Assembly (NCBI RefSeq): GCF_018350175.1
Contig: NC_058369.1
Span: forward strand, 22,818,001-22,882,000
Reading direction: 5' to 3'
Source of the DNA: Felis catus
Lineage: Eukaryota
Length of the DNA: 64,000 nt
A program made the translations under genes and the position numbers. Shown in pieces: positions 49,451-62,699 of this stretch; within the stretch, counting starts at the first letter, position 1, and the number at the start of each line of letters is the position of its first letter. The notes under the pieces are model-generated. The model was not told the origin of the DNA, did not search any database, and saw only the letters and a program-made list of their open reading frames with translations.

Positions 49451-50746
49451 CTCTCCTTGCTGTACCCGGCTGGTTTCCTGATTCTAGAACAGAGCACAGG
49501 GTGAAATCCAGACAAGAGGGATCCCTGGGACAGGAATCAGGAGGCCCACCCAGATTGCTTCCCTAGCTGGGAACTAAATTCCAGGCAGGAAGTGGGAAGG
49601 CTCTTCCCAGGGGCTGGTGAAACGTGAAAATGTTTCCCTAATTAGTACAGACGAGGAGTGTTGTAGCCATTCACTCATCCTACCACCTGACCTAGGACCT
49701 CCAGGCAGTGTGTTTGTCGGGGATGTGGGGGGTGATAAAAGTGCTGTGTCTCTGAGAAGGACAGAAGCTTCTGAAATCCTGGGATGCATGGGTGTTGCCT
49801 GCCTTAGGGGGGTTACCACCCCAAACAGACCCTCTAAGGCCTTCCAGAGGAGCAAATACGATGAAGAGCCAAAACTGCCACTGATTTCCTGACTGGGGAG
49901 AGGAGATTAGAGGACGCAGGGTGACTGGGGAGGAGAAAGGTGTCACGGGAATGGGAGAGCCCTGGATCTTGCCGGTGAGGTTCAGTCCTTAACAATAGCT
50001 GCCCTTGACTGAGCTCTCTTGCCTGTGAGAGGAGCTTGACATGTAGCTGGTAGGAATTCACGGTCGCCTCACTTTACAGGTGAGGAAGTTGAAGCACATA
50101 AAGATCAGGTAGGGAGAGACGGTGATGATTGGGTGGATGGGACTGGGGCTGGGTAGAGACTGAAACCAGTGACCGGGCCAAGTGGGGAATGTGCACAGAA
50201 CAGGAACCCAACCGGGCTGGAGGCGCACATCCATGTGGAGCCTGGGTACTGAGGCAAGTCTTCCTCGTAGATTCTTAGAGGTAGGTCCTTGATCATCAGG
50301 ATGTGATGAGTGTACCATTTAGGACGCAGTGCTTGCAAGTAACAGAAGCCCACTCAAGTGAGCTTAGGCCAGCCTCAGAGTTTATTATAATGACTGAGGA
50401 GAGAGTGCCTTAGGGAATCCCAGGGCACTGCTGCTACCTGCCCGGAAGAGTTGGGGACTGGGGCTAAAGCCCAGAGGGCTGTGTGGCAGGAGTGGGATGA
50501 CAGGCCATTCGGTGCAGGAGACCAGGTGCACCAGGCGGGCGGCTGCCTTTCAAAGAACAGAGTCTTTCAAAGCCCAGGGAAGGGCTTATTCTGAGGGTGG
50601 CAGGAAACCACTGGAGAGTGACACAGTCTGATTCACATTTCTAAACGATCACTGGCTGCTGCCTGGATGGATGGTAGGGGATAAGAAGCTGGCTGGGAGC
50701 CCAGCTGATAGGCAATTGCCGCAGTCCATTGTGAGGGGACAGACAC

Positions 50747-51187
50747 TGTGACGGTTAATTTTATATGTCCATGTGACTAGGCCATGGTGCCCAGTTGTTG
50801 TTTGGTCAAACGTCAGTTCCGATGTTGCCGTGAAGGTATTTTTCAGATGCAGTTACCATTTACAGTCAGTAGACTTTGAGAAAAACAGCTCACCCTCCAT
50901 AATGAGGGGCACCTCACCCAACCAACTGAAAACCTCAGGAGCAAAGACAGATTCCCTGAGAAAGAAGCAATTGTGCCTCAAGATTGCAACATGAAAACCC
51001 TGCCTGAGTTTCCAGCCTGCCCAGCCTGCCCTGCGGAACCTAGACTCAAGACTGTAGTAGCTTAACCTACAGATTTTGGATTTGCTAGTCAAGTGAGCCA
51101 ATTTCTTTAATAAATCCATATCTCCCTCTTTCTCCCAAGTTCTTCTTTCGAATGGTTCTGTTTCTCTGGGGAACCCAGACGAATCCA
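50747..51187 (+). mobile_element. MLT2 (C/D-like) ERVL solo LTR
   Basis: Starts tgtgacggttaattttatatgtc and ends ggttctgtttctctggggaaccc; contains aataaa. Confidence 0.88.
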
Positions 51188-51726
51188 TTCACTTACTCAT
51201 TGGGTACTTACTTTTGCTTGACCATGTGGTCTGGGCCTAGGGCTGGATCGTACCAGTTGGAATTGTCCTCAGGATCATTGGCAAGTAGGTGAGAGGGACA
51301 CAGGCCCAGCTTCCAGGGCGTTCACAGTCGGTTGGCTTGACAGGACACACGCATAGGAGACAACTGGAGAACTTTATAGGCAGGATTTAATTTAAGCCAA
51401 AATGTGTGGAGCAGATACTTCCCGCCCATGAAGCAAGCCCTCTGTGGTGGGGCCTTGTAGTTCTGTTATGCAACTTACCCCTCAGGAAGGGGAAACGGAA
51501 GTCACCCTTGGAAAGAGTGTGTCTCAGCCTGGGCTGCACATTGCGATCGCTCGGGACAGGCTGAAAAAATACCGCCTTGGGACTCAAATGTAATTTCCCT
51601 GAGGTGTGGCTTGGACATCTGGATGTCAAAAAGCTCCCCAGCTGGAGTTGAGAAGCACTGCCTTAGGACATCTTGACTAGAAGATTAGGTCCCTCTCACC
51701 TGGAAGGAGTAAAGAGCGAACCAGGG

Positions 51727-51935
51727 CAGGGTTCAGGAAACTACATGTCCTACCAGCTGCCTGTTTTTGTAAATAAAGTTTTATTGGAACCCAGCCACAC
51801 CCATTTGTTTATGGATCGCCGTTGGCTACTTTTGCTAAAACAGCAGAATTGAATGTTGTGACAGAGACTGTCTGGCCTGCAAAGCCTGAAATATTTACTA
51901 TCTGGCTCTTTACAGAAACAGTTTGCCAACCCCTA
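51727..51935 (+). mobile_element. MER58A hAT-Charlie MITE
   Basis: tttttgtaaataaagttttattggaac...aaatatttactatctggctctttacagaaa..gtttgccaacccct. Degenerate 8-bp TSD aaccaggg / aactagga. Confidence 0.9.
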
Positions 51936-52649
51936 AACTAGGAAGGGATGCATTTTCAAGGATGTGGGTGGTGTGGGAGAGGCTGGGCCACCCTTACCAG
52001 AAAAGCATACGGTCTTTGCGTTGAGATACAGCCTCAGAAGCCTTCGCAATGTATACAGGCAGTCACCACCAACCAGTTGGAGCGCTCACACCAACCGAAA
52101 CCTTTTTGTCTTCTAGTGATATTTCCTGTTGAATCTGAAACTTGACTCTGCATGGTGACAGGAATCTAGTTGAAATCAATGAGAAGGCCTGAGCTGTTGG
52201 ATGCTATAGCTGACAGAGCGGTAGAGCAATGAATTCTTTTCCCTGGCAGGGGTGATGTCAGAACTGAAGTGGACATGTTCTGTAACAGTGTATTGAAGGA
52301 GAGGGACTCTGCCAGAAGGGGGATGCCCAGACCGCCCCCTGGGAAGCTGCAGGCATGGTTGTGGAGGTATCACAGAGCTCCTGCCTTGTCCTCCTCATCT
52401 TACGGTGATCAGCACAGACCAGCAATTCCAGCCCCTTCTGGAATCACCTTTACCCCATTACTCTGGATACCCTTTCCTGTTTGAATCTGTGACACGGGTT
52501 GTGCAACGATACGACGTGCGGCTCCTATAGCTCCCTGCTGAGAACATTCCATAGATCCACAGGGCCTGGAAGAGCCAACTGCAAAGATGTGTCTTAGGAA
52601 GGTAGCTCCAGGGAGAGGCCTGGTGACCACATGGATTCTGACGTTGGTC

Positions 52650-52860
52650 ATTCGATCAGTTATTCTGCCAACAGGTGCTAGGCTCTGGGGATACAACAGT
52701 GAGTAAACACAGGTTCCTGCCGATGCAGAACAAGTCCCATGGGGGAACCGCGTTAGTGAAACATCGCACAGGTACTTGTAAAGGGGTAAATCACCCTGGT
52801 AAATGCTGAGGAGGACACTTACATGATCGGCTGTGTTTGAGGAGTGCTGTAAAGGACAGC
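52650..52860 (-). mobile_element. L2 3' fragment
   Basis: gtgctaggctctggggatacaacagtgagtaaacacagg. Confidence 0.7.
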
Positions 52861-53269
52861 TCTCAGCCCAGATATTCAAAGTGCACATAGTATACTTTCA
52901 GAATGAGTTAAAGGCCCTGAGAAGTCCTGAAATGAAGAAACCCCAGTTCTTCCTGTGTTTCCCAAACTTTGCTCACCATGGCGCACATTAAAATAACATT
53001 CCTTATGAATAATCCACGGAGTGGCTTTCTGTGGCACAGGTCATCATTTGGAAATGCTGCTTTGGAGCACTGCTGAGAAATTCTACACCCAGGGGTGCAC
53101 AAAGTGAGCCACTGAGATGCCCGAGAAGAATATGTCACTTTTTTTCCTATTCATTCACTTTTATTTTTATTTGTGCAGTTTGTCTTATAACATTCATATG
53201 TTAGTATAATAGGTGGTAGGTAGTACCCATGAATTATGAATGAATATAGAGGCAGATCGTACTCAAAAC

Positions 53270-55095
53270 TTTTTTGAAAAAGACTGCATTTTTAGAGCAG
53301 TTGGAGGTTTACAACAAAATTGATAGGAAGGTGCAGAGATTTCCCCTACACATCTGTTGGTGCATAGCATCCCCCGTTATCAACATCACTCACCAGGATG
53401 GTACATTTTACCAAGGATGAACCTGCGTGGACACCTAATCACCCAAAGTCCATGGTTTACTTTGGGATTCACTCTTGGTGTCTTACATTTTCTGCATTTT
53501 GACAAATGTTTAATGGCATGCATCTTTCATTAAAATATCATGCAGACTATTTTCAATGTCCTGAAAAACCTCGATGCTCTGTTTATTTATCCCTTTCCAC
53601 CCCCTTTCTTGGCAACCACTTATCTTTTTACCACCTCCAGAATTTTGCCTTTTCCAGAATGTCATATGGTTGGAATTACATAGTACTTCTCAGATTGGCT
53701 TCTTTCAATTTGTAATGTGCATTTAGGTTCCTCCTTGTCTTTTCATGGCTTGACAGCTCCTTTCTCTTTAGTGCTGAATAATATTCCATTGTCTGGATGT
53801 ATCACGGTTTATTCTTCTCCTGAAGGACATCTTGGTTGCTTCAAAGTTGTGGCAATTATGAATAAAGCTGCTATACACATCCGTGTGTAGGTTTTTGTGT
53901 GGACGTAAATTTGCATTTCTATTGGATCCATGCCAAGGAGCATGATTGCTGGATCATATTGTATGAGTATGTTTAGTTTAAAAACAAAACAAAACAAAAC
54001 ACAACGCCAAACTGTCTTCCAAAGTGGCTGTAGCATTTTGCATTCCCACCAGTAATGTAAGAGAGCGCCTGCTGCACCACATCCTTGCCAGCATTTGGTG
54101 TTGTCAGCGTTCTGGATTTTGGCCATTCCAATAGGCAAGTAGTGGTGTCTCGTTGTTTTAATTTGCATTTCCCTGATGACATATGACGTGGAGCATCTTT
54201 CTACATGCTTTCTTGCCATCTGCTTATATCCTGTGTGGAGCTCTTTGTTAAGGTCTTTAGTCCATCTTTTAATCCAGTTGTTAGTTTCGTTATTATTGAC
54301 TTTTAAAAATGTTTGGTATATGTTGGGTGACAGTCCAAATCACATGTGTCTTTTGCAATTGTTTCTTCCCAGTCCGTGGCTAGTCTTCTCATACTGTTGA
54401 CAGTGTCATTCACAGAACAGAAGGGAGTTTTTCATTTTAATGAAGTACAGTTTATCGATTACTTTTTTCATGGATCACGTCTTTGGCGTTTTACCTAGAA
54501 AAGCATCACCATAGGCAAGGTCATCTAGGTTTTCCCCTGTGTTCTCATCTAGGAGTTTTATAGTTTTGCATTTTATATTTAGGTCTCTGATCCATTTTGA
54601 GTTAATTTTTACGAAGGGTCTGTGTTTATTTTTATGTTATTATTTTTTAATGTTTTATTTATTTTTGAAAGAGAGAGAGAGACAGAGTATGAGCAGGGGA
54701 GGGGCAGAGAGAGAGGGAGACACAGAATCCGAAGCAGGCTCCAGGCTCTGAGCTGTCAGCACAGAGCCCAAAGCAGGGTTTGAACTAATGAACCAGATCA
54801 TGACCTGAGCCTAACTGGGACACTTAACCGACTAAGCCACCCAGGCACCCCTGAAGGATGTGTTTAGATTCATTTGTTTGCATGTGGATGTCCCGTTGTT
54901 GCTGCACCATTTGTTGAAGGGACTGTCTTTCCTTTTTTGTCAAAGATCGGTTGACTTCATCTGTGTGGATCTATTTCTGGGCTCTCTTCTGTTCTGTTGA
55001 TCTTTGGCCAATACTGATGTCTTGAGTACTGTCGTATTGTAGAAAGTCTTGAAGTTGGGTAAGTGTCAGTCCTCCAACTTTGTTCTTGTTCAGCA
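53270..55095 (-). mobile_element. L1 (L1MC1/L1MD-like) 3' UTR and ORF2 C-terminus, split by a SINE
   Basis: Tail-proximal ttttagagcagttggaggtttacaacaaaattg. ORF 53809-54219 has IREMQIKTT..CWQGCG..LLHYWWECKMLQPLWK. Confidence 0.92.
54629..54851 (-). mobile_element. CAN-SINE nested in L1
   Basis: Ends gccacccaggcacccc. Imperfect TSD gaagg...tgtgttta. Confidence 0.95.
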
Positions 55096-55179
55096 TGGTG
55101 CTCAAAATTTTTATTGAAAGAAATACTTGATTTAGTCAAGCTGGAAATTTTTTATTTCAATAATTTTATTTTTTCCTTT

Positions 55180-55415
55180 GAAGAGTTGGCAAACTACAGC
55201 CTGCAGGCCAAACCTTTTTTTTTTTTTAATTTTGTAAATTTCTGGTAAATAAAGTGTGAATGGAACACAGACAGGCCCATTCTTTTATATATTGTCTGTG
55301 GCTGCTGTCACGTTACAATAGCACAGTTGAGGAGTTGCAGTAAAGACTCCATAGCTGACAAAGCCTAAAATAATTACTATCTGACCTTTTACAGAAAAAA
55401 GTATGCTTACCCCTG
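55180..55415 (+). mobile_element. MER58A hAT-Charlie MITE
   Basis: ttggcaaactacagcctgcaggccaaa...tttacagaaaaaagtatgcttacccctg. Confidence 0.9.
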
Positions 55416-56362
55416 CCTTATTGAATCACTTTTAGACACCACTGCTTTCTGAGCTGGTGCTGTGCTGGGTTCTGGGGAACAGCACACCCACCGTTTTGCC
55501 CCTGGTATATTTTACTACATTTTGTCCCCTGAGTTAGTGTCCTTTTTGCCCCCTCACACTTAGTAGGCTATCAGATTTACTCACAAAAGAACTAATTTAC
55601 TTTGACCCCATGGGTGACAGGGATTCAGAAATACTGAAATGGATTAAACATTATCTTTTCCTTGATCAATATGGACAAAGCCACTGAGCCCCATAATTAT
55701 AGCGATGAATTCGTAGGGCCAAGAAATGATTCTTGTTTGCACTGAGTCAGGCTTTTCAAAATCAATATGGAAGGACAAATGGATTTGGGGAGGAGGCACG
55801 GAACCCCCAGTCATCGGTGGTGAATGATGAGCAACATTGAGTGAAATCCTGCCTGTGCATCCATTCTTTCTTCGTTTGCATTCTGGGCTGTGTGAATTAT
55901 TCATTTAAATGGCAGTTTAGAAGCTGCCTGCAGAGAGCCTTGTGCAGGAACCATGATTGCACTGGCCTTCACCAAGCAGCCTGAGACTTTGTGTGTTAAT
56001 TTAGCATTCAGTTATAATGAAACAATGGCATTGAAAGCTTGAGTTTTTAAAACCATTGTAATATTATGTGAAGAACTTGGGTCTGCGGAAGGTTAAGATC
56101 TCAATTAACATGGAGCTGTGGGAGGAATCTCCACTGAAAAGTTTCCTACAAAGCAGAGCCTTTCAGAAGAAGGGGCCTCCCCTTGGTGCAGGCAATTCAT
56201 GGGCTAGACAAGGTGTTTCTGCTTGGTAAGGCATTCCCTGGATTTATGTTTAGCAGAAAGGTATGATTTCTTTTGTTTCTGGGTGTTATATCATAGTAAA
56301 TTATGTTTCAAAAAAATCGTCGTGGGTGGAACTTATTAAACTGAGTTTTGTTTCTGTAAAGC

Positions 56363-56572
56363 TTTTTTCTTTTTAATGTTTCATTCATTTTTTGAGAAAG
56401 AGAGAGACAGAACGTGAGCGGGGGAGAGACAGAGAGATAGAGACAGAATCTGGAGCAGGCTCCAGGCTCTGAGCTGTTAGCACAGAGCCTGATGGAGGGC
56501 TCAGACTCTTGAACCACAAGATCGTGACCTGAGTTGAAGTTGGACACTTAACTGACTGAGCTACCACCCCCC
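56363..56572 (-). mobile_element. CAN-SINE
   Basis: gcaggctccaggctctgagctgttagcacagagcc...cacttaactgactgagc. Confidence 0.93.
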
Positions 56573-57625
56573 CGCCTTAATGTTAATGTTTTTGTAAGTT
56601 TTGTATTTAATAATTTAAAAAATTGAAGTCTTTGTGACTTAATTTTTTTATTGAAACATAAATTCTATACAGTAAAATACATAGTTCTTTGGCATACAAT
56701 TCAATGAGTACTGACAGATGAATGAATACACCTGAGTTACCCATACCTCATCAAGATATAGAACATTTCCAGCAATCCACAATGTTTTCTTATGTCTCTT
56801 TGAAGTGGTTCCCCACCTTCCTGCCCAGAAGCAACCCATGATTGCTCTTACTATTGAGTAATAATTTTACCTGTTTAGAACTTCATATAAATGGGATTGT
56901 ACATATGTTCACTTTTGTTTCTGGCTTCTTTCACTCAAAACGTTTATGAAATGCACCCATATTTTGAGTATATCAGTAGTTGGTTCCTGAGTAACAATCC
57001 ACTATATGAATGTATCACAGATTTGTTTATCTTTTCATCTGTTGATGGGCACTTGACTTCTAGTTTTGGGCTATTGTGAATGGCGCTTCCATGAACATTC
57101 ACACAATATTTTCGTGGCTGTGTTTCCATTGGATAGATACCTAGGGGTGGAATTATTGGATCATAGGGTAGATACATGTTTAACTTTACAAGCAATGGCA
57201 AAATGTTTTTCCAAAGTTTTTGATATATCCGTGAGCAATGTATAGGATTTCAGCTTACTCCACATTCTTGTGAACATGTAGTATTTTCAGAAAACTTAAT
57301 GTTAGCTCTTCTAGTGGATGCAAAATTGCATCTGGTTGGTGTTTTATTTTGCATTTCCCTGTTGACTAATCACGTTGAACACACTTAGGCTTGCATATTG
57401 GCCATTCAAATACCTTCCTTTGGAAGGTGTTCACCTCTTTGGCCTTCTATTTTCACTGATGTTTAAATTATAGGAGTTCTTTACATATTCTGGGTATAAG
57501 TCATTTGTCAGATGTGTATTATGAATTGTTTTTCCTCAATAATGGTTTTTCTATTTGTTTTATATTGATAGTGGATTTAATGATCAAAAGTTTTGAAATT
57601 TTTAAAATCTAAATTCTCAATTTTT

Positions 57626-57836
57626 TAAAATGTTTATTTATTTTTGAAGGAAAGAGAGACAGAGCATGAGCAGGGGAGGGACAGAGACACACACACACAC
57701 ACACACAGAATCCAAAACGGGCTCCAGGCTCTGCACTGTCAGCACAGAGCCCGACACGGGGCCCGAACCCCGAACCGTGAGATCATGACTCAAGCCGAAG
57801 TTGGTCGTCCAGTCAACTGAGCCACCCAGGCGCCCC
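57626..57836 (-). mobile_element. CAN-SINE nested in L1, with an internal (CA)n expansion
   Basis: Perfect TSD taaattctcaattttt at 57610-57625 and 57837-57852. Confidence 0.96.
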
Positions 57837-58765
57837 TAAATTCTCAATTTTTAAAATTATAAGTGCTTTGTATGTCCTAAGAAACCATTGCCTACCCGAA
57901 GGCTACAAAGATATTTATCATTTTTTTGTTTTTAAGAAATATTATAGGTTTAGCTTTTCCATCAAAGTCTATCATCCATCTTGAATTAATAATGTGTGTG
58001 TTGTGAATTAGGGGTGAGGATGTTTTCCTATGGTTAAGTCACTTGTTCCAGCACAATTTGTTGAAAATATTTTCCCCATTTAATAATGTAGGTACCGTTA
58101 TTGAAACTCAGTTGACTGTATGTGTACAGCTTTATTTCTGGACTGTGTTCCATTGATCTGTTTGTCTATTCTAATGCCAATACCACACTGTTTTGATTAA
58201 TTAGGTTTATAGTAAGACTTAACATCAGGAAATGTGACTCTTTGGATTTTTTCTTCTTTTTCAAAATTGTTTTTGATATTCTAGATCCCTTTCATTTCTC
58301 TATAAAATTTAGAATTAACCTGGAAACTCCTAGAAAAAGACCACTGAGATTTTGATTGTGATTTCATTGAATTTTTAGATCAATTTGGAAAGAATTAACA
58401 TCTTAATACCAAGTTTTCTAATCCTTAAGTAAGGCATCTCTTTTCATCTATTTAAACCTTTTAAAATTTCTCACAGCAATATTTTGTAACTTTTAGTATA
58501 CAGGTATTGCACATAATTTAAAAGATTTATATTTAATTTTTAAATCCTTTTTATGCTATTGTAAATGTTATTGTTCTTTGAATTTCAATTTCCATTTGTT
58601 CTTTGTTAGTATATTGAAATACAATTGATTTTGGTCTGTTAATTTCCTATCCTGGCCTTGCTAAAACTCACTAGTTGTAGTAGATTATGTGGATTCCTTA
58701 GGGTTTTCTACATAGACAGTCATGTCCACAAATAAAGACAGTTTTTTCCTTTCCAATTCCTATGG

Positions 58766-58828
58766 CATTCATTCATTCAAACATTCATTCATTCATTCAT
58801 TCATTCATTCATTCATTCATTCATTCAT
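58766..58828. repeat. (CATT)n microsatellite inside L1
   Basis: Read directly; one interruption. Confidence 0.95.
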
Positions 58829-60323
58829 CTTACTGCAATTGCCAGGACCACCAGTACACTGTTACATAGATGTAGTAACCCATCCTTGCCTTGTTCCTGA
58901 TCTTGGGGGGAAAATATTCAGTGTTTCATCATAAACATAATGTTAGCTGTAGGTTTTTTTTTAAGATGCTCTTTATTAGGTTGAGGACATTTTATGCTAT
59001 TTCAAATTTCCTAAGAGTTTTTAGGATGAGCAAAAGTTGAATTCTTTCAAATGCTTTTTCTGCATTTATGTGGTCATGCAATTTTTTCTTCTTTATTCTG
59101 TTCATGTGGTGAACTGTGTTGATTGATTTTTCAAATAAACCAACCATAAATTCCTGGGATAAATATAATTTAGTCATGATGTATTATCCTTTTAATTGTA
59201 GTTGGATTTGATTCAATATTGTGTTAGAATTTTTACATCTAGGTTAATAAGAAATATTGGTGTGTAATACAGTTTTTCAAATATTCATGTCTGATTTGGT
59301 ATCAGGGTTATGCTGCCCTCATTAAATAAGTTGGGAAGTATTCCCTCCTCTAATTTTCTGAGTGTATATCAGATAGTTTCTATTTTTTCCCTACATATTT
59401 GGTAGAATTCATCATTTAAGACATCTGAACCTGGAGCTGTTTATATTAGCTTGGCTAGTAATTGTGAATTTACATTTTTGTGTATATATAGAGCCAGTTA
59501 TATTTTATATTTCTTCTTGTGTCAGTTTTGGTAGTTTCTGTTTTTCAAGGAATTGACATTTAACTCAAGTTACCAAATATTTGCATACATTGGTTTGTAA
59601 TATTTCCTTATTTCATTATCTGTAGGATCTATTATAGTGTTTCCTCTTTTATTCCTGCTACTGGTATTTTGTACTTTCTTACATTTTTCTTCATCAATAT
59701 AGCTAGGGTTTAAAATTTTCATTAATCATTTTAAAAAACCAACTGTTGATATCATTGGTGTTTTTTCGTTATTTTTTTTTCCATTTTATGGTTTCTCCTT
59801 TTATCTCTTATTTTATTCCTTCTTTCAACATTGAGTTTCATTTCTTCTTCTTTTTCTTTTTACAGGAGTATCTTAGACTATGCATCTTAAAGTTTTCTTC
59901 TATTCTACTATAATCTTTCAAATCTGTAAATTTTTCTCTAAACTGTGTTTTAGCTATATCTCACAAATATTGATATTTTTCATTGTTTGTTTTAAACTAT
60001 TTTCCAGTTTCCCATGTCATTTTCTTACTCAACACCTGTATTATGAAGTAGTGTGCTGTTTAATTCCCAAATCTTTGGGGTTTCTCTAGACACCATCTTT
60101 TCTTAGATATCATTGATATTTTTCATATCACTATCATATATCGTCTTCTAAAATTAGCCCATTATTACCAGAGAACATAATATGTGGATTTCATTCATTT
60201 TAAATTTACTGGGACTTGTTTGGTAGCCCAGTGTGTGATCTGGTAAAAAAATATGTGCTCTGCAGTTATTAGGTGTAGAGTTCTATAAATTCAGTGAAGT
60301 TATGTTGGTAAATAGTGTTGCTA

Positions 60324-60551
60324 CATGACCACCCCGCAATAAATGTCCTTAGCACTGAGTCTTACCAAGCCTCCCCGGTGAGCAGCATTTCAGATGTTTG
60401 TCACAGCTCAGCACTGGGAGAATTAGTGCATCTTATGTGATTGCACCAGGAGAGAACTCTTGAAAACCTGAATGTGGATTCCTCTGGACTTTGCCCCCTG
60501 TAGTTAGTCTCTTCTGTTGGCTGATTTTGCTTTATATCTTTTCACTGTAAG
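60324..60551 (+). mobile_element. MER21-like ERVL LTR fragment
   Basis: catgaccaccccgcaataaa...cactgagtct...gggagaattag...ttcctctggactttgcccc...gctgattttgct. Confidence 0.75.
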
Positions 60552-60554
60552 GAA

Positions 60555-62117
60555 TCTTTTCAAAGAAGCAACCTTTGATTTTATTCATTTTCTCTATTGA
60601 TTTCCTGTTTTCAATTTCATTGACTTCTGTTCTGCAAATAAAACAAAATTATTTCTTTTCTTTTGGTTGTTTTGGATTTAATTTGCTCGCCTTTTTCTAG
60701 TTTCCTGAAGTAAAAGGTTAGATGACTATTTTTCTTTTCTAACACGTGTTCAATGCTGTGAATATTCTTTTAAGCTCTTACTGCATTTCACAAATTTAGT
60801 GAGTTGTATTTTAATTTTTATTCAGTTTAAAATTTCTTGAAACTCTTTTTTTTGACCTGTGTATTACTTAGAATTATGTTCCATAATCTCCAAATATTTT
60901 GGGATTTGTCCAGCTATCCTTCTGTTATTGATGTCTGGTTTAATTCCAGTATAATATAGAAGCAGACATTGTGTGATTCCAGTACTTTTAAATTTGTTAA
61001 AGTGTGTTTTATGGCCCAGATTGGGATCTATCTTGGTGGTTGTTCCCTGTGAGCTTGAGAAGAATGTGTAATCTATTGTTGCTGGATGAAGTATTCTATA
61101 CATGTCAATTAGATCTCCTTGATGGGTCTGTTCAGTTTAACTATATCCTTACCAATTTCCTGCTTGATGTGTTTGTCAGTTACTGATAAGAGGGGTGTTG
61201 AAGTATTCAATATCATTGTGAATTCATTTATTTCTTTTTGTGGTTCTGTCAGTTTTTACCTCACATATTTTAACACACTGTTGTTAGGCCTATACTATTG
61301 AGAATTGTTATGTTTTCTTGGAGAATTGATCCCTTTATCATTATGTAGTGCCCATCTTTTTCCCTGGTAATATCCTTGCTTTGAAGTCTGCTTTGTCTGA
61401 AATTAATATGTCTACTCTGGCTTTCTTTTGATTAGTGTTAGCATGGTGTATCTTTCTCTGTCTCTTTACTTCTACTCGGTCTGTTCTTTATGTATAGGGT
61501 GGGTTTTTTGTAGATAGCATATAGTTGGGTCTTGTGTTTTCATCTACTCTTAGCAGTCTCTGCATCTTAATTAGTGCATTTAGACCATTCATATTTAAAG
61601 TGATAATCAATATAGTTGGATTAATATGTACCATATTTGTAACTGTTTTCTATTTGTTCGTCTGCTTCTCTCTTATTTTCTGTCTTCTACTTTTTTTTTT
61701 GCCTCCTTTGATTGTTTGCCTATTGATTTCCTGTTTTCAATTTAATTGAGCATCTTATATGAATTAGTATTTCTTCTCTCTTAACATACAAATTATACTT
61801 CCTTTGAATATTATTTTAGTGGTTGCCTGATATTTTGCAATATACATTTACAGCTAATTCAAGTCCACTTTTAAATAATCTTATATTACTTCATGGGTAC
61901 TATAGGTAGCTTTTAACTACCAGTATTCCCAGCTTCTTGCTCCTGTTCCTATAACACTGCTGTCATTCATTTCACTTATCCATAAATCCTATTCACTTAT
62001 CTTAGAATATCCATCTCTGTACTTAGATTATCCATCTGTTCTTACCTATTTTCTATGTTTTCCATTAGTGCCTTTAGCATATTAATCATAGTTGTTTTTT
62101 TTAAATGTTTATTTATT

Positions 62118-62158
<41 letters not shown>

Positions 62159-62362
62159 AAGTGGGGGAGGGGCAGAGAGAGAGGGAGACACACAATTCGA
62201 AGCAGGCTCCAGGCTCTGAGCTGTCAGCACAGTGCCCAACACGGGGCTCGAACCCACGAACTATGAGATCATGACCTGAGCCGAAGTCAGACACTTAACT
62301 GACTGAGCCACTCAGGTGCCCCATTAATCATAGTTGTTTCAAATTCTCTGTCATAATTCCAG
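60555..62362 (-). mobile_element. Second old L1: ORF2 endonuclease region, inter-ORF, and ORF1 start after an internal deletion
   Basis: ORF 60864-61103 gives YRILHP...YTFFSSSQGTTTKID..LGHK, the L1 endonuclease motif. Confidence 0.88.
62098..62322 (-). mobile_element. CAN-SINE nested in L1
   Basis: Perfect 17-bp TSD attaatcatagttgttt at 62081-62097 and 62323-62339. Confidence 0.97.
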
Positions 62363-62381
62363 CCATACCTACCATCTTGGA

Positions 62382-62635
62382 ATACTGCTCAGTAGATAAG
62401 AGCACAGACTCTGGAAGTAGAGTGCCTGTGTTTGAATTCTGGCTCTGCTCATCAGGTGTGTAATCTTTGACAGGATATGTCAGTTCTTTCTACTTTAGTT
62501 TCTTCATTGGTGAAGTGGAAATACTCACAAAACCTACTTCATAGAGTTGTTAGGAGAATTGAATGAGTTAGCATGTGAAAAGCACTTAGAATAATGTCTG
62601 ACACAAAGTAAGCGTTCTGTATACGTTAGATGATG
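62382..62635 (+). mobile_element. Near full-length MIR
   Basis: aagagcacagactctgga...tttgaattctggctctgc...aaacctacttcatagagttgtt...aaagcacttagaata. Confidence 0.88.
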
Positions 62636-62699
62636 CTGATAGTGACGGTGACTATGTTGATGATGAGACAGCCGTGTATACGACATACTAGCACACTCC

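Larger units (their letters stand above)
56643..60322 (-). mobile_element. Long old L1 (L1MB/ME-like): 3' UTR through most of decayed ORF2
   Basis: Continuous T-rich L1 reverse complement: atttccctg.tgactaat; catccttgccttgttcctgatctt; peptide INAEKAFERIQ (RT motif SIDAEKAFDKIQ). Confidence 0.9.
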
